Of a stretch of 64,000 bases of DNA, positions 8,079 through 18,236 are shown in pieces. How positions within the stretch are numbered: position 1 is the first letter of the stretch; each line of letters starts with the position of its first letter. The notes under the pieces are model-generated. The model was not told the origin of the DNA. It saw only the letters and a list, made by a program, of their open reading frames with translations, and did no database searches. This DNA comes from Candidatus Omnitrophota bacterium (GTDB lineage: Bacteria > Omnitrophota > Gorgyraeia > Duberdicusellales > 4484-171), in assembly GCA_043820815.1 (NCBI GenBank), contig JBDRDJ010000005.1:1313-65312 (forward strand), in the 5' to 3' direction. A program made the position numbers and the translations under genes.

Positions 8079-8277
8079 TACAATACAAATGATCTGGCTA
8101 TTGAATAACTACTATAATTACCCCAAAAACAAGATATGTTTGGGCAAGGGTTTGGATGCGTCATGAGACTGAGAAGGCGATTTTGGTAATGCATGAGGGA
8201 GTTAAAATATGGATTCCCAAGTCAAGAATACAAAAAATTGAATTCCGAAAAGGACGCTTCTGGATATATGTATTGGT

Positions 8278-9108
8278 TTATTCTGCTTGGCGGGCTGGGA
8301 TGTGAAATTTGTCGATAATACCAAGATTTTGATTCAAAACTTCGACATATATGCTTGAACTACTAACGGTAAGCTTGCAGAAATGATAAGCCAATTTAAA
8401 CTGCTTGCTAAAAGGGTGCCTTTCTTTAATATCATGCAGAGGCGCTCCTCCTCCGCCTGTTACGATATAGGTTATGCCGTTCTTGATTAATCTTTCATAG
8501 AAATGCCTGTGGCCGCAAAAAACAGCAGAAACATTATAGCGCTCAAAAAGGGTAACTAAATTATTAACTGGCTCATTCTTAAGGTAAGAACTTATACCTG
8601 AACTAAAAGGAGGGCTGTGCATAATCACGATTTTCAGCCGGTCTTTTATGCTTAATTCCTTAAGCTTTGCTTCAAGCCATTTTAATTGGCCGGAGCCTGA
8701 GGCCAAATCCGAATTCGTATCGATAATAATAAAATATACCCCCTGCCTCTCTACTGCATACCAGCGCTCATTGTTCGGAAGATTGAAATTTTCTCTAAAT
8801 AGCTTAGCGTTATCGCCTATATCATGATTGCCCAAACAAGGAAAAAACTGTGAGCCCTTTCTAAACCGGAAAGAAATCGCATTAAATATTTTCCACTCAA
8901 CAGGGCGATCACCATACTCGACAAGGTCTCCCGTATGAAAAACAACGGCAGGTTTTACTTTACCTATAGCGCGGGCTATCTCTAAATGTTTGTCGTGATT
9001 TGTTCGGCTGTCTCCGTAAATAACTATCGGAGATAATGGCTGGGCAAAGATTCCAAGGGAAAACAAACAGCAGATTATAATAAAAAACAGCCGCAATTTA
9101 AATACCAT
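8278..9108 (-). CDS. Secreted calcineurin-like metallophosphoesterase
   Basis: N-terminal signal peptide. Motifs GDSRTN, HTGDLVEYGD, GNHD, and GHRHFYER. Confidence 0.8.
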   Translation of the reverse strand: MVFKLRLFFIIICCLFSLGIFAQPLSPIVIYGDSRTNHDKHLEIARAIGKVKPAVVFHTGDLVEYGDRPVEWKIFNAISFRFRKGSQFFPCLGNHDIGDNAKLFRENFNLPNNERWYAVERQGVYFIIIDTNSDLASGSGQLKWLEAKLKELSIKDRLKIVIMHSPPFSSGISSYLKNEPVNNLVTLFERYNVSAVFCGHRHFYERLIKNGITYIVTGGGGAPLHDIKERHPFSKQFKLAYHFCKLTVSSSSIYVEVLNQNLGIIDKFHIPARQAE

Positions 9109-9111
9109 AAT

Positions 9112-10263
9112 TTATAACATTAATCGGGCGGCGGCTTTAAGTTTTTGCTTATTAACCGTAAGTGCAAACCGAATATAACCCTCTCCGTACCTGCCGAAGC
9201 CTACGCCCGGTGTTGCTATTATCCGCCGGGTGAGAAGTGCTTTTGAAAACTCAATGGATGATTTAACCTGACCGGGGATCCTTGCCCATACATAAAATGT
9301 ACTGTCGGAAAAACATTCTTTGAAACCTTTATCCTTTAGAATTTTTAAGAACAAATCCCTTCTTTCCTTGATTGACTTTCGCAAGGCCTCAACATATGAG
9401 CTCTCATGGGTTAAAGCATAAGAACCGGCATCCTGTATCGCCCCGAATATTCCCGAATCAATATTGGTTTTTACCTTGAGCAAACCGGAAATAAGCTCTT
9501 GGCTGCCGCAGGCAAAGCCAACACGGAACCCTGTCATACAGAAAGTTTTGGATAAAGAATGAAATTCAACACAAATTTCTTTTGCCCCATTTACTTCAAG
9601 TATACTGTATGGCTTAGTGTTAAAGTAAAGTTCTGAGTAAGCATTATCATACGCGATAATGATTTTGTACTTACTGCAAAAAGAAACCAATTTCTTAAGA
9701 AATGAAATAGGCGCAAGCGCGGTTGTGGGATTGTTGGGATAATTAAGGTAAATTAATTTGGCTTTATTTCTCATAGAAACGGGAATCTTGTCTAAATCGG
9801 GAAGAAAATCATTTTCTTTTAAAAGAGCTGATTCATAGATTTTTCCTCCCGCAAGAAAGGCTGCGTTTCTATAGCCCGGGTATCCCGGAGAAGGAATAAT
9901 AACAAAATCTCCCGGGTTTAGAAAGCTTAACCCGAAATGCACTAAACCTTCTTTGGAACCTATAAGAGGCAGAATCTCCTTGTCTTCATCAAGGATGACC
10001 TTAAAACGCTTTTTCATCCATCGTTTAATCGCGGCCCTGAAGGCCGGCTTGCCTTTATCTAAGGCATATTTCTGGTTATCTTTAATTTTCGCGGATTCAT
10101 AAAGAACCTCAACCACTTTCTCAGGCGCAGGTATGTCAGGGTCGCCTATGCTTAAGTCCACAAACTCTACCCTTTTGCGTTTTAGCTGTTTTTTTATCTT
10201 ATCTATTTCAGCAAAAAGATAAGGGGGAAACCTCTTCATCCTCTGCGACATATCTATTAACAT
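9112..10263 (-). CDS. dapL: LL-diaminopimelate aminotransferase (class I/II aminotransferase); start may be an internal Met
   Basis: PPYLFAEIDKIK...DLSIGDPD N-terminus, NNPT, and the PLP-lysine region HSLSKTFCMTGFRVG. It sits in an operon with dapB/dapA/dapF/lysA, and no dapD/C/E genes are present. Confidence 0.7.
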   Translation of the reverse strand: MLIDMSQRMKRFPPYLFAEIDKIKKQLKRKRVEFVDLSIGDPDIPAPEKVVEVLYESAKIKDNQKYALDKGKPAFRAAIKRWMKKRFKVILDEDKEILPLIGSKEGLVHFGLSFLNPGDFVIIPSPGYPGYRNAAFLAGGKIYESALLKENDFLPDLDKIPVSMRNKAKLIYLNYPNNPTTALAPISFLKKLVSFCSKYKIIIAYDNAYSELYFNTKPYSILEVNGAKEICVEFHSLSKTFCMTGFRVGFACGSQELISGLLKVKTNIDSGIFGAIQDAGSYALTHESSYVEALRKSIKERRDLFLKILKDKGFKECFSDSTFYVWARIPGQVKSSIEFSKALLTRRIIATPGVGFGRYGEGYIRFALTVNKQKLKAAARLML

Positions 10264-10994
10264 TTATCTTCTCCTTTGGCTGGTAATAACAAATCTCTCA
10301 TCGAATAAAGGCCTGGAGGTTTTGATATAATCCATTGCGCCGCAGCCAGAGCTCCTTGAGCAAAAATATCGCGCGACTTGGCGCTATGGCGCAGCTCTAC
10401 TGTATCCGAATCTCCCTCGAATAAAATTGCATGATCGCCCACTATTTCATTTTCTCTTATAGATTTTATCTCATCCTTTCCTATGCTCAATCCGCAAGAG
10501 TTAATAATCTCCGCAATCTTTTTTGCCGTTCCCGAAGGCACATCCTTCTTGTGGACATGATGCGCTTCTGTGATTGCCGCTTTGTAGCCCTTAAGTATGC
10601 TTGCAGCAAACTTAACTAACTCAAAAATGACATTAACGCCAATGCTCATATTAGGGGAAAAAACAACAGGGATGGTTCTTGAAGCATCATTTATCGATTC
10701 TATGCCCTGTTTATCAATTCCCGTTGTTCCTATAACCAAAGGCTTCATATAATCTAAGGCATGCTTAAGATAAAATAATGTCGAGGAAGGCGAACTAAAA
10801 TCAATAACGCAGTCACAATTTTGCAATATAGCCGAATCGGAAGATATATTTAATTTATTATAAACCTTGCCGATACAAGGATGCCCCTTGTTTTCAATTG
10901 CCGCTGTAACATCTAAATTACTATCTTGCTCTGCGAGAGCGATTATCCTCTGCCCCATTCTTCCGCGCGCCCCGATAACTGCAATCTTAATCAT
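10257..10994 (-). CDS. dapB: 4-hydroxy-tetrahydrodipicolinate reductase
   Basis: MIKIAVIGARGRMG Rossmann N-terminus, VIGTTG, and EAHHVHKKDVPSGTA motifs. Confidence 0.9.
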   Translation of the reverse strand: MIKIAVIGARGRMGQRIIALAEQDSNLDVTAAIENKGHPCIGKVYNKLNISSDSAILQNCDCVIDFSSPSSTLFYLKHALDYMKPLVIGTTGIDKQGIESINDASRTIPVVFSPNMSIGVNVIFELVKFAASILKGYKAAITEAHHVHKKDVPSGTAKKIAEIINSCGLSIGKDEIKSIRENEIVGDHAILFEGDSDTVELRHSAKSRDIFAQGALAAAQWIISKPPGLYSMRDLLLPAKGEDKC

Positions 10995-11021
10995 AAGTTT
11001 TATGTCTTTTTGAAAGCTACA

Positions 11022-11900
11022 TTAAATTAATTTATATTTTTTTAAAGTTGATTGCAGTTTGATAAAGTTAACTTTGTTCATGGCACACAGCGGCAAACGT
11101 AAATTAGGCTCAATCATACCCATCAATCCTAAAGCTGTTTTAACGGGTATAGGATTGGTTTCGATAAAAAGGGCTTTAATCAGGCCATAAAGATGAAACT
11201 GTATCTTCTTTGATTTATCAATATCTCCTTTTAAATACGAATCTACTAAATTATGCGTCATAACAGGTGCAATATTAGCAACAACCGAAACAACACCCCT
11301 TGCTCCCAATGAGAGTATGGGCAAAGTTACCTCATCGCTTCCTGATAAAAGGACAAATTTACCATCTACCAAAGTCATAATCCTGGTAATTTGGTCGAGC
11401 GAGGCGCTTGCTTCTTTTATCCCTATAACATTGGGGCATGATTTATATATACGGGCAACGGTTTCAGGCAAAATATTTACTCCCGTACGTGAAGGAACAT
11501 TATAAATAATAACAGGCATACGCACACCTTTTGAAATCTTTTTAAAATGCAGGTAAAGCCCCTCCTGGGTAGGCCTATTGTAATAAGGAGTAATAACCAG
11601 TAAGGCAGCTGCCTTAACTTTTGAGGCATACATACCAAGATCGAGCGATTCATGGGTTGCATTTGAGCCGGCCCCGGCAATAATGGGTATACGATTTCCG
11701 GCTTCTTCAATAGCAACCGTAACAACCCGCTTATGCTCATCGTGTGTTAAGGTAGCGCTTTCGCCGGTAGTGCCGCAGACTAATATTGAATCAGTCTTAT
11801 TTTCTATATGCCAGTTAACCAGAAACCTCAATCTCTCCTCATCAACACCCCCCTTTTTGGTAAATGGCGTAACAAGGGCAACGATACTGCCTTTAAACAT
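11022..11900 (-). CDS. dapA: 4-hydroxy-tetrahydrodipicolinate synthase
   Basis: GSIVALVTPF, VCGTTGES, PYYNRP, and IIGIKEAS (catalytic Lys) motifs. Confidence 0.9.
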   Translation of the reverse strand: MFKGSIVALVTPFTKKGGVDEERLRFLVNWHIENKTDSILVCGTTGESATLTHDEHKRVVTVAIEEAGNRIPIIAGAGSNATHESLDLGMYASKVKAAALLVITPYYNRPTQEGLYLHFKKISKGVRMPVIIYNVPSRTGVNILPETVARIYKSCPNVIGIKEASASLDQITRIMTLVDGKFVLLSGSDEVTLPILSLGARGVVSVVANIAPVMTHNLVDSYLKGDIDKSKKIQFHLYGLIKALFIETNPIPVKTALGLMGMIEPNLRLPLCAMNKVNFIKLQSTLKKYKLI

Positions 11901-11938
11901 AACTATCTCCTTTTTTAAAATCTTGGGCGGTTATTTTT

Positions 11939-12544
11939 TCATAACTGCCGCTCTCCTCTTGACATTTCAACCAGTTTATCCCGAAATAAGAAAGAAATAT
12001 TTATAAGGTCATCTAAAACTTTTTCATTGGCCGGAAAAGAACGAATATGAAGCATAAGGTTATTTTGTTTAATTCTCAACGAAATGGGTATATTTATGCG
12101 GGCCAGGAGAATTCTTTGCAAGTCTAAATTAATGCACTTTCTTGCAAAACGGTCATCTCTGCTGAAAACCTTAAACTTTCTATCAAAAGATATATTCCCT
12201 AAAGAAATAGGCGCTCCGCTTGAATATTGTTCCTCGGATACATTAGTAAAATTACTAGGGCATAAGAATAAACCGGGTGCGGAGATTCTCTCAAGAATCA
12301 CATTGATAAAACAACCGGTTTTACTGCGCTGGCCGGGATAAACATAATATACTAATATTTTTGCGCTCTTGTCGAAAAAAGAAAACCCGAGCAGGCCGCG
12401 AATAGACTGGTCAGTTTCTCCTTTTCTTTTAAGTTTTTGCTTCTCAATAATGCTTTTATCCCTGTATTTCTGAAAATAATCAATTATAAAAACAAATAAG
12501 CTTATGACTACTGCAAAAACGGGTATTATTATAAAAATTTTCAT
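11939..12544 (-). CDS. Hypothetical membrane-anchored protein (single N-terminal TM helix)
   Basis: 201-aa ORF embedded between dapF and dapA. It has a hydrophobic N-terminus (IFIIIPVFAVVISLFVFII) and no recognisable family motif. Confidence 0.45.
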   Translation of the reverse strand: MKIFIIIPVFAVVISLFVFIIDYFQKYRDKSIIEKQKLKRKGETDQSIRGLLGFSFFDKSAKILVYYVYPGQRSKTGCFINVILERISAPGLFLCPSNFTNVSEEQYSSGAPISLGNISFDRKFKVFSRDDRFARKCINLDLQRILLARINIPISLRIKQNNLMLHIRSFPANEKVLDDLINISFLFRDKLVEMSRGERQL

Positions 12545-12558
12545 TGCAGCCTGCTTTT

Positions 12559-13455
12559 TTAATTAAGCAACCGGCCTAATGCTGCAGAAAACAGCAAGCG
12601 GACATGCCCCTTAAGCCACACTCGTTCTTTTAACCTTTCTTTACTGCTTGAGTAAACCTGTAAGGTTTCCTTGCCGGCAGTTATAACATTTACCGAATCG
12701 TTCAAGAAGAAATTGCTGTATTTATGTTTTGCGATTAAAGCGGCTGCAACCGAACCTGTTCCGCAGGCAAAGGTCTCTGCCTCTACGCCTCTCTCGTAGG
12801 TTCTGATTTTTATCGTATCCGGCCCGACGCATTCGACAAAATTAACATTTGCCCCTTCAGGCTGAAATTGTTTATCGAATCTCAGCCGGCGCCCTATAAC
12901 TGCAACATTTATTTTATCAAGGCCTTCAACAAAAACAACTAAATGCGGGACACCTGCTACGATATGGTTTACTTTAAACTTTCTGCCTTGGACATTAACC
13001 GGTAGATCGAGTTTAATTTTAGAAGAAGCTCTCATACAAATTCTAACCTCGCCTAATATGGAATATTTTGAAGGCTGATGTTTCAAAGGCGAAACTTCGG
13101 AATCAATAATACCGGAAATAGTTTCGAAGCGCAAACGGTAAGTTTTTCCCTTAGAAAAAGCTTTTGTCATTTTTAAATAAGCCCAAAACGCCGCGCAGCG
13201 TGCTCCGTTACCGCACATCTCGGCTTCGCTTCCGTCAGAATTAAAAATGCGCATTTTAAAATCGGCATTTATGGAAGGTTCAATCACCAAAAGGCCGTCA
13301 GAACCCACTGAATGCCTTCTTTCACACAGCTCTTTAGACAGTGATTTAAAACTGATTTTATTAACGGATTTTCTTGATAAAAAATCTAAGAGTATAAAAT
13401 CATTGCCCGAAGCCTGTAATTTACAGAAATTGAGCGCCGCCATTTTAACTGACAA
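12559..13455 (-). CDS. dapF: Diaminopimelate epimerase
   Basis: GNDFILLD, FNSDGSEAEMCGNGARC, and ETFACGTGSVA (the two catalytic Cys motifs). Confidence 0.9.
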   Translation of the reverse strand: MSVKMAALNFCKLQASGNDFILLDFLSRKSVNKISFKSLSKELCERRHSVGSDGLLVIEPSINADFKMRIFNSDGSEAEMCGNGARCAAFWAYLKMTKAFSKGKTYRLRFETISGIIDSEVSPLKHQPSKYSILGEVRICMRASSKIKLDLPVNVQGRKFKVNHIVAGVPHLVVFVEGLDKINVAVIGRRLRFDKQFQPEGANVNFVECVGPDTIKIRTYERGVEAETFACGTGSVAAALIAKHKYSNFFLNDSVNVITAGKETLQVYSSSKERLKERVWLKGHVRLLFSAALGRLLN

Positions 13456-14719
13456 TAACCTCGTTATCGATTAAATCACTATACTTTTCCCTTTCTCGAA
13501 TAAGGCAGGCTTTCTTCCCTCTTACCATAACTTCGGCAATCCGGGGCCGGGAGTTATAATTTGAGCTCATGCTGAAACCGTAAGCGCCTGTTCCCATAAC
13601 TGCCAGGTATTGCCCCTGGCCTACATTTAGCTTTCTCTTCTTTCCCAGAAAATCCCCGCTTTCACAAATCGGCCCGACTACATCAGCTAATTTAGTTATT
13701 TGATCTTTGCCAAGGTAGTGTCTGCCCTGACTTTTTTCAACAGGAAGTATTTCATGATAAGCCTGATACAATGCCGGCCGCATAAGATCATTCATTGCGG
13801 CATCCACAATTATGAATCTCTTGTGTTCTAAATTCTTTAAATACTGGACTTTTGTAACAAGTATCCCTGCGTTTCCCACAATAAATCTTCCCGGCTCTAA
13901 AATAAGTTTCAGATTAATACTCTTAAGAAGGCGGCAGACGCTTTTAGCGAATTGATCGGCTGACTGCGGCTTCTCTTTATCGTAAACTATGCCCAAACCT
14001 CCTCCGATATTTAAATATTCAAGGCCGACGCCGTTTCGTTTGAGGTTTTCAATGAATAGTTTAACTTTTTTAATCGCCCGGACAAAAGGAACGCTCGAAA
14101 TTATCTGAGAACCTATATGTAAATGTATGCCGGAAATATTAAGATAAGGGTAGTCACCGCTTGCAAGAAAAACATTTAATGCAGATTTAAAATTCAATCC
14201 AAACTTATTCTCTTTTTTAGAAGTAGTAATATACGAATGAGTTTTGGGGTCGATATCAGGATTAACCCTAAGAGAAACATTTACCCTTTTTCTCTTTCGT
14301 AAAGATTTAGCGATATCATTAATTCTTTTAATTTCAGCAACCGACTCTACATTAAACATTAATATGCCGTATTTAATGGCATCTGCTATCTCGCTTTCGC
14401 TTTTTCCTACTGATGCGTAAACTATTTTCTTGGCAGGGCAAGCAACTCTCTTTGCCCTGAATAATTCACCTCCGGAAACAATATCTAACCCTGCACCTCT
14501 TTTAACCAGCATATTTAAAATACTAAGGTTGGAATTTGCCTTAACCGAATAACATATTAAAGGCTTAAAGCGGCAAAAAGCCTTTTTTATCTTAGTAAAG
14601 TGGTCGATTATTGTTTTGGCGCTATAAACATAAAGAGGGGTTTTAAATTTTGAAGCCAGGCTCAATACGCTTGCCTCTTCGCAATAAAGATGGCTTTCTT
14701 TGTAACTAAAGTAATGCAT
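13445..14719 (-). CDS. lysA: Diaminopimelate decarboxylase
   Basis: Fold-III PLP decarboxylase motifs: YSVKANSN, HLHIGSQ, GGGLG, and ICESGD. Confidence 0.9.
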   Translation of the reverse strand: MHYFSYKESHLYCEEASVLSLASKFKTPLYVYSAKTIIDHFTKIKKAFCRFKPLICYSVKANSNLSILNMLVKRGAGLDIVSGGELFRAKRVACPAKKIVYASVGKSESEIADAIKYGILMFNVESVAEIKRINDIAKSLRKRKRVNVSLRVNPDIDPKTHSYITTSKKENKFGLNFKSALNVFLASGDYPYLNISGIHLHIGSQIISSVPFVRAIKKVKLFIENLKRNGVGLEYLNIGGGLGIVYDKEKPQSADQFAKSVCRLLKSINLKLILEPGRFIVGNAGILVTKVQYLKNLEHKRFIIVDAAMNDLMRPALYQAYHEILPVEKSQGRHYLGKDQITKLADVVGPICESGDFLGKKRKLNVGQGQYLAVMGTGAYGFSMSSNYNSRPRIAEVMVRGKKACLIREREKYSDLIDNEVIVS

Positions 14720-14744
14720 GGCAAAAAAATCTTGACTGTTTTAT

Positions 14745-16082
14745 TTAGGTTTTATTTTTTGATTTGACAGCGTGGCCCGGGTCCATTATATTACCTAACT
14801 CACTTGCTATAAGCTTGTTATGGAATTTTATCAACTCAGACTGAGGCATATCCAATATTTTCGTTCCTTTTTCTTCGCAGTGCCTGATAAGGCTGCCGAC
14901 TATGCGATGGGCATGATAAAAGGATACCTTCTGCCTCACAAGGTATTCGGCAATTTCGGTTGCAAAGAGGCTCTCATCTTCCAAGGCTGCGGCTAAGGGT
15001 TCCTTATTTAGCTTAACCTTTTTAATCAATGCAGACATAATTTTCAGTTCTTTCTTAAGCGTTTCTACCGAATCAAACAAAGGTTCTTTATCTAACTGCA
15101 TATCCCTATTATAAGTTAAAGGCAGGCCCTTCATCACAGTAAGGACCGAAACAAGATTTCCATAAACTCTTCCCGTTGAACCGCGGGTCAGCTCAAGAAA
15201 ATCAGGGTTCTTTTTATGCGGCATAAGCGATGACCCTGTGCAGAAATCCTCAGGGATGTCCAAGAACGAAAACTCCTTAGTGGAATACATTATGAAATCT
15301 TCTGCCAGCCGTGATAGGTGCATCTGCAACATCGCGGCGCAGCTTAAAAGTTCAATGATAAAATCACGGTTACTGACATTGTCAAGAGAGTTACTAACGG
15401 GTTTTATTTTAGATTTAAATTTATACGGCAAAAACGATATGGCTTTTTTGTAAGAACTATTTCCTAAGGGGTTTCCAGCCAATGCCCCAGAACCTATGTA
15501 AACGGTAATGCTTTTGTGAAAATTTACCAAACGGCGCCGGTCTTCCTTAAACATCAATGAAAAAGAACTGATGTATTCCGAAAACAATACTACCTGCGCC
15601 CTGCGGGTATGAGTATAACCGGGTATAATCAAATCTTTGTATTTATTTTTTAAATATACAAGGGATTCCTCTACCAGCTCAAGCAGGTTAATTAACTCAA
15701 AAACTTCCTCCAGGCAATAACACTTTTCGTCAAAAACAACCTGATCATTGCGCGACCTTAAAGTATGAAGTTTTTCCGACAAACTTCCTATTCTTTTGTT
15801 AACCTCAAACTGCATGGCAGTATGGACATCTTCGGCGTCACGGTTAAAACTCAATTTACCTTTTTTCAAATCGGCCAAGGCCCCATCTAATGCGGAATCG
15901 ATTTTCTTCCTCTCCGATACGCTAAGGAGCCCGGCTTCGCAAAGCGCATAAATGTGAATTTTTGAATGAAAGATATCGTATCTGGCCAAACGCTTATCGT
16001 AATCCAGAGACTTCTGGAAATTAAAAAAGCCAGGATCGATTTCCTTACGGAACCTTCCGCCCCACAATTTTATATCCATCAC
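14745..16082 (-). CDS. argH: Argininosuccinate lyase
   Basis: LWGGRF N-terminus, TLRSRNDQV, PGYTHTRRAQ, and GSSLMPHKKNPD signature. Confidence 0.9.
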   Translation of the reverse strand: MMDIKLWGGRFRKEIDPGFFNFQKSLDYDKRLARYDIFHSKIHIYALCEAGLLSVSERKKIDSALDGALADLKKGKLSFNRDAEDVHTAMQFEVNKRIGSLSEKLHTLRSRNDQVVFDEKCYCLEEVFELINLLELVEESLVYLKNKYKDLIIPGYTHTRRAQVVLFSEYISSFSLMFKEDRRRLVNFHKSITVYIGSGALAGNPLGNSSYKKAISFLPYKFKSKIKPVSNSLDNVSNRDFIIELLSCAAMLQMHLSRLAEDFIMYSTKEFSFLDIPEDFCTGSSLMPHKKNPDFLELTRGSTGRVYGNLVSVLTVMKGLPLTYNRDMQLDKEPLFDSVETLKKELKIMSALIKKVKLNKEPLAAALEDESLFATEIAEYLVRQKVSFYHAHRIVGSLIRHCEEKGTKILDMPQSELIKFHNKLIASELGNIMDPGHAVKSKNKT

Positions 16083-16113
16083 AGCTCCTTATCACCTGTT
16101 AAGTCAAACCCCA

Positions 16114-17289
16114 TCAATATCTTATAAAAGGCATTGACCATATATTAATAAACCCATCAGCCCAATTCCTGGGAAATTCATCCTTTTTTGAATAGGTAGC
16201 CAATTTAATTTTATAAAGAGAATTTGGCGAGCTTCTTTTAACAACTGAAACCTTTCCTTTAAACAATTTGAGAGTTATTCTCCCGCTAACGAAATCTTGG
16301 GTTTTTTCAATAAAACTATCCAGGCTTTGCTTAATAGGCGTAAACCACAACCCCTGGTAAACCACCCTTGCATAATAAGAAGAGACAAACTCCTTAAAGC
16401 AGCGAACCTCCCTATCAAGAACTAAACTTTCAAGTTCCTTATGCGCAGTATAGAGCATCCATGCCGCAGGAGCTTCATATATCTCGCGCGATTTAATTCC
16501 CACTATTCTATCTTCAACCATATCGGTCCTTCCGATAGAATGCCTTGCTCCAATCTTATTTAAAGCCTTGATTATGGTAACAAGGCTGTATGGCTTTTTA
16601 TTTAATTTTACGGGAACACCGCATTTAAACTCAATTTCGATATTTTGAGGCGAAGAAACTGAATCCTCAGGCCTTCTGGTCAGTATAAAAGAGTCTTTCC
16701 GCGGCTCACTCTCTAAATCCTCAAGAGGCCCTGCCTCGATACTGATTCCCCACAAATTCTTATCAATGCTGTAAATCTTCTTATGCGTCGCGGATATAGG
16801 GATCTTATTTAATTTAGCATACTCGACTTCCGAATCCCTTGATGTCAGTTCCCATTCTCTTAAGGGGGCAATTATTTTAAGTTTGGGGTTTAAAGTTTTT
16901 ACTGCAAGCTCAATACGCACCTGATCATTGCCTTTTCCTGTGCACCCATGGGCAACGTAACAGGCATTTTCCTTCCTTGCAACCTCAACTAAATATTTTG
17001 CAATTAAAGGCCTTCCCAAGGCGGTTGAAAGAAGGTAACCTCCTTGATATACTGCGTTTGCCTTTAATGCGGTAAGCACATATTCCCGGCAAAATTCCTC
17101 TTGTAAATCGAGAATATGAATTTTATCTGCACCGCTTGCCAAAGCCATTTTATGTAATTGCTTTGGCGAGAATTCACTGCCTAAATTAGCAGAAAAGCAT
17201 ATGACGCTATAACCTTTATCTTTAAGCCACTTGACACAGCAGCTCGTATCAAGTCCGCCCGAATAAGCCAGAATAATTTTCTTTTTCAT
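16114..17289 (-). CDS. argG: Argininosuccinate synthase
   Basis: AYSGGLDTS ATP-PPase motif, HGCTGKGNDQVR, and GRTDMVEDR. Confidence 0.95.
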   Translation of the reverse strand: MKKKIILAYSGGLDTSCCVKWLKDKGYSVICFSANLGSEFSPKQLHKMALASGADKIHILDLQEEFCREYVLTALKANAVYQGGYLLSTALGRPLIAKYLVEVARKENACYVAHGCTGKGNDQVRIELAVKTLNPKLKIIAPLREWELTSRDSEVEYAKLNKIPISATHKKIYSIDKNLWGISIEAGPLEDLESEPRKDSFILTRRPEDSVSSPQNIEIEFKCGVPVKLNKKPYSLVTIIKALNKIGARHSIGRTDMVEDRIVGIKSREIYEAPAAWMLYTAHKELESLVLDREVRCFKEFVSSYYARVVYQGLWFTPIKQSLDSFIEKTQDFVSGRITLKLFKGKVSVVKRSSPNSLYKIKLATYSKKDEFPRNWADGFINIWSMPFIRY

Positions 17290-18221
17290 TTCTTAATCCC
17301 CGTACACCATAAAAGTATTGCCTGAGCGCTGTAAAAACGGTTCTCGGCCTGCAAAAATACAATTGAATTCTTGCTTTTTAAAACCGAATCAGTTATCTCC
17401 TCATTCCTGTGCGCAGGAAGGCAATGCATTATACAACAAGAACTTTTAGCTAACGATAGCAGTTTATCATTTACTTGAAATTTTTTAAATGCTTTTTTTC
17501 GCATGCTGCGCTCTTTCTCTTTACCCATAGATGCCCAAACATCAGTATATATTACATCGGCCCTGCTTGCACACTGAAGAGGTGAATTTGAAATCTCAAT
17601 AGTAGCCTTAGTTTCAGCGGCAATATTTCGGCATTCTTTAAGAATATGGCTGTCTGGTTCATAGCCTTTAGCCGTAGCCACATAGATATTGCCTCCCAGG
17701 ATAGAAAAGGCATACAGAAGAGAATGGCATACATTATTGACGTCTCCGATATAGCAAAATTTTATCTTTGGTATATCTTTTTTAAGCTCGAGCAATGTAA
17801 ATATATCGCCCAAGACTTGAGAAGGGTGCAATTTGTCGCTTAAAGCGTTTACGGTGCTGACAGGCGAAGCTTCTGCGAACTCCTCTATTGTCTTATGGGA
17901 AAAAGTTCTCAACACCGCAATGTCGAGATACCGCGAAAGAGTATTGGCTACATCCGAAACATTTTCCCGTTTTCCCAGCCGGATTTCATCAGGTGAGTAG
18001 TAAATAACCTGGGCTCCTAAACCAAGGGCGCCAAGGTAAAATGATGTTTTTGTCCTAAGGGACGGCTTTTCAAAAAGCAAGCCCACAAACTTGCCTGCGA
18101 GTGACTTTTCATAAAACGTTTTATTCTTCTTAGTTTTTGCCGTTAACCTTACAAGATCACGCAAGGCATCCGGGGAAAAGCTTTTTAAAGAAATAAAATT
18201 GTTTTTCTTATAAGGTTTCAT
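17286..18221 (-). CDS. argF: Ornithine carbamoyltransferase
   Basis: FEKPSLRTKTSF (STRTR-type), HPSQ, DVWASMG, and HCLPAHR motifs. Confidence 0.9.
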   Translation of the reverse strand: MKPYKKNNFISLKSFSPDALRDLVRLTAKTKKNKTFYEKSLAGKFVGLLFEKPSLRTKTSFYLGALGLGAQVIYYSPDEIRLGKRENVSDVANTLSRYLDIAVLRTFSHKTIEEFAEASPVSTVNALSDKLHPSQVLGDIFTLLELKKDIPKIKFCYIGDVNNVCHSLLYAFSILGGNIYVATAKGYEPDSHILKECRNIAAETKATIEISNSPLQCASRADVIYTDVWASMGKEKERSMRKKAFKKFQVNDKLLSLAKSSCCIMHCLPAHRNEEITDSVLKSKNSIVFLQAENRFYSAQAILLWCTGIKK

Positions 18222-18236
18222 AGTTATACGTCATGC

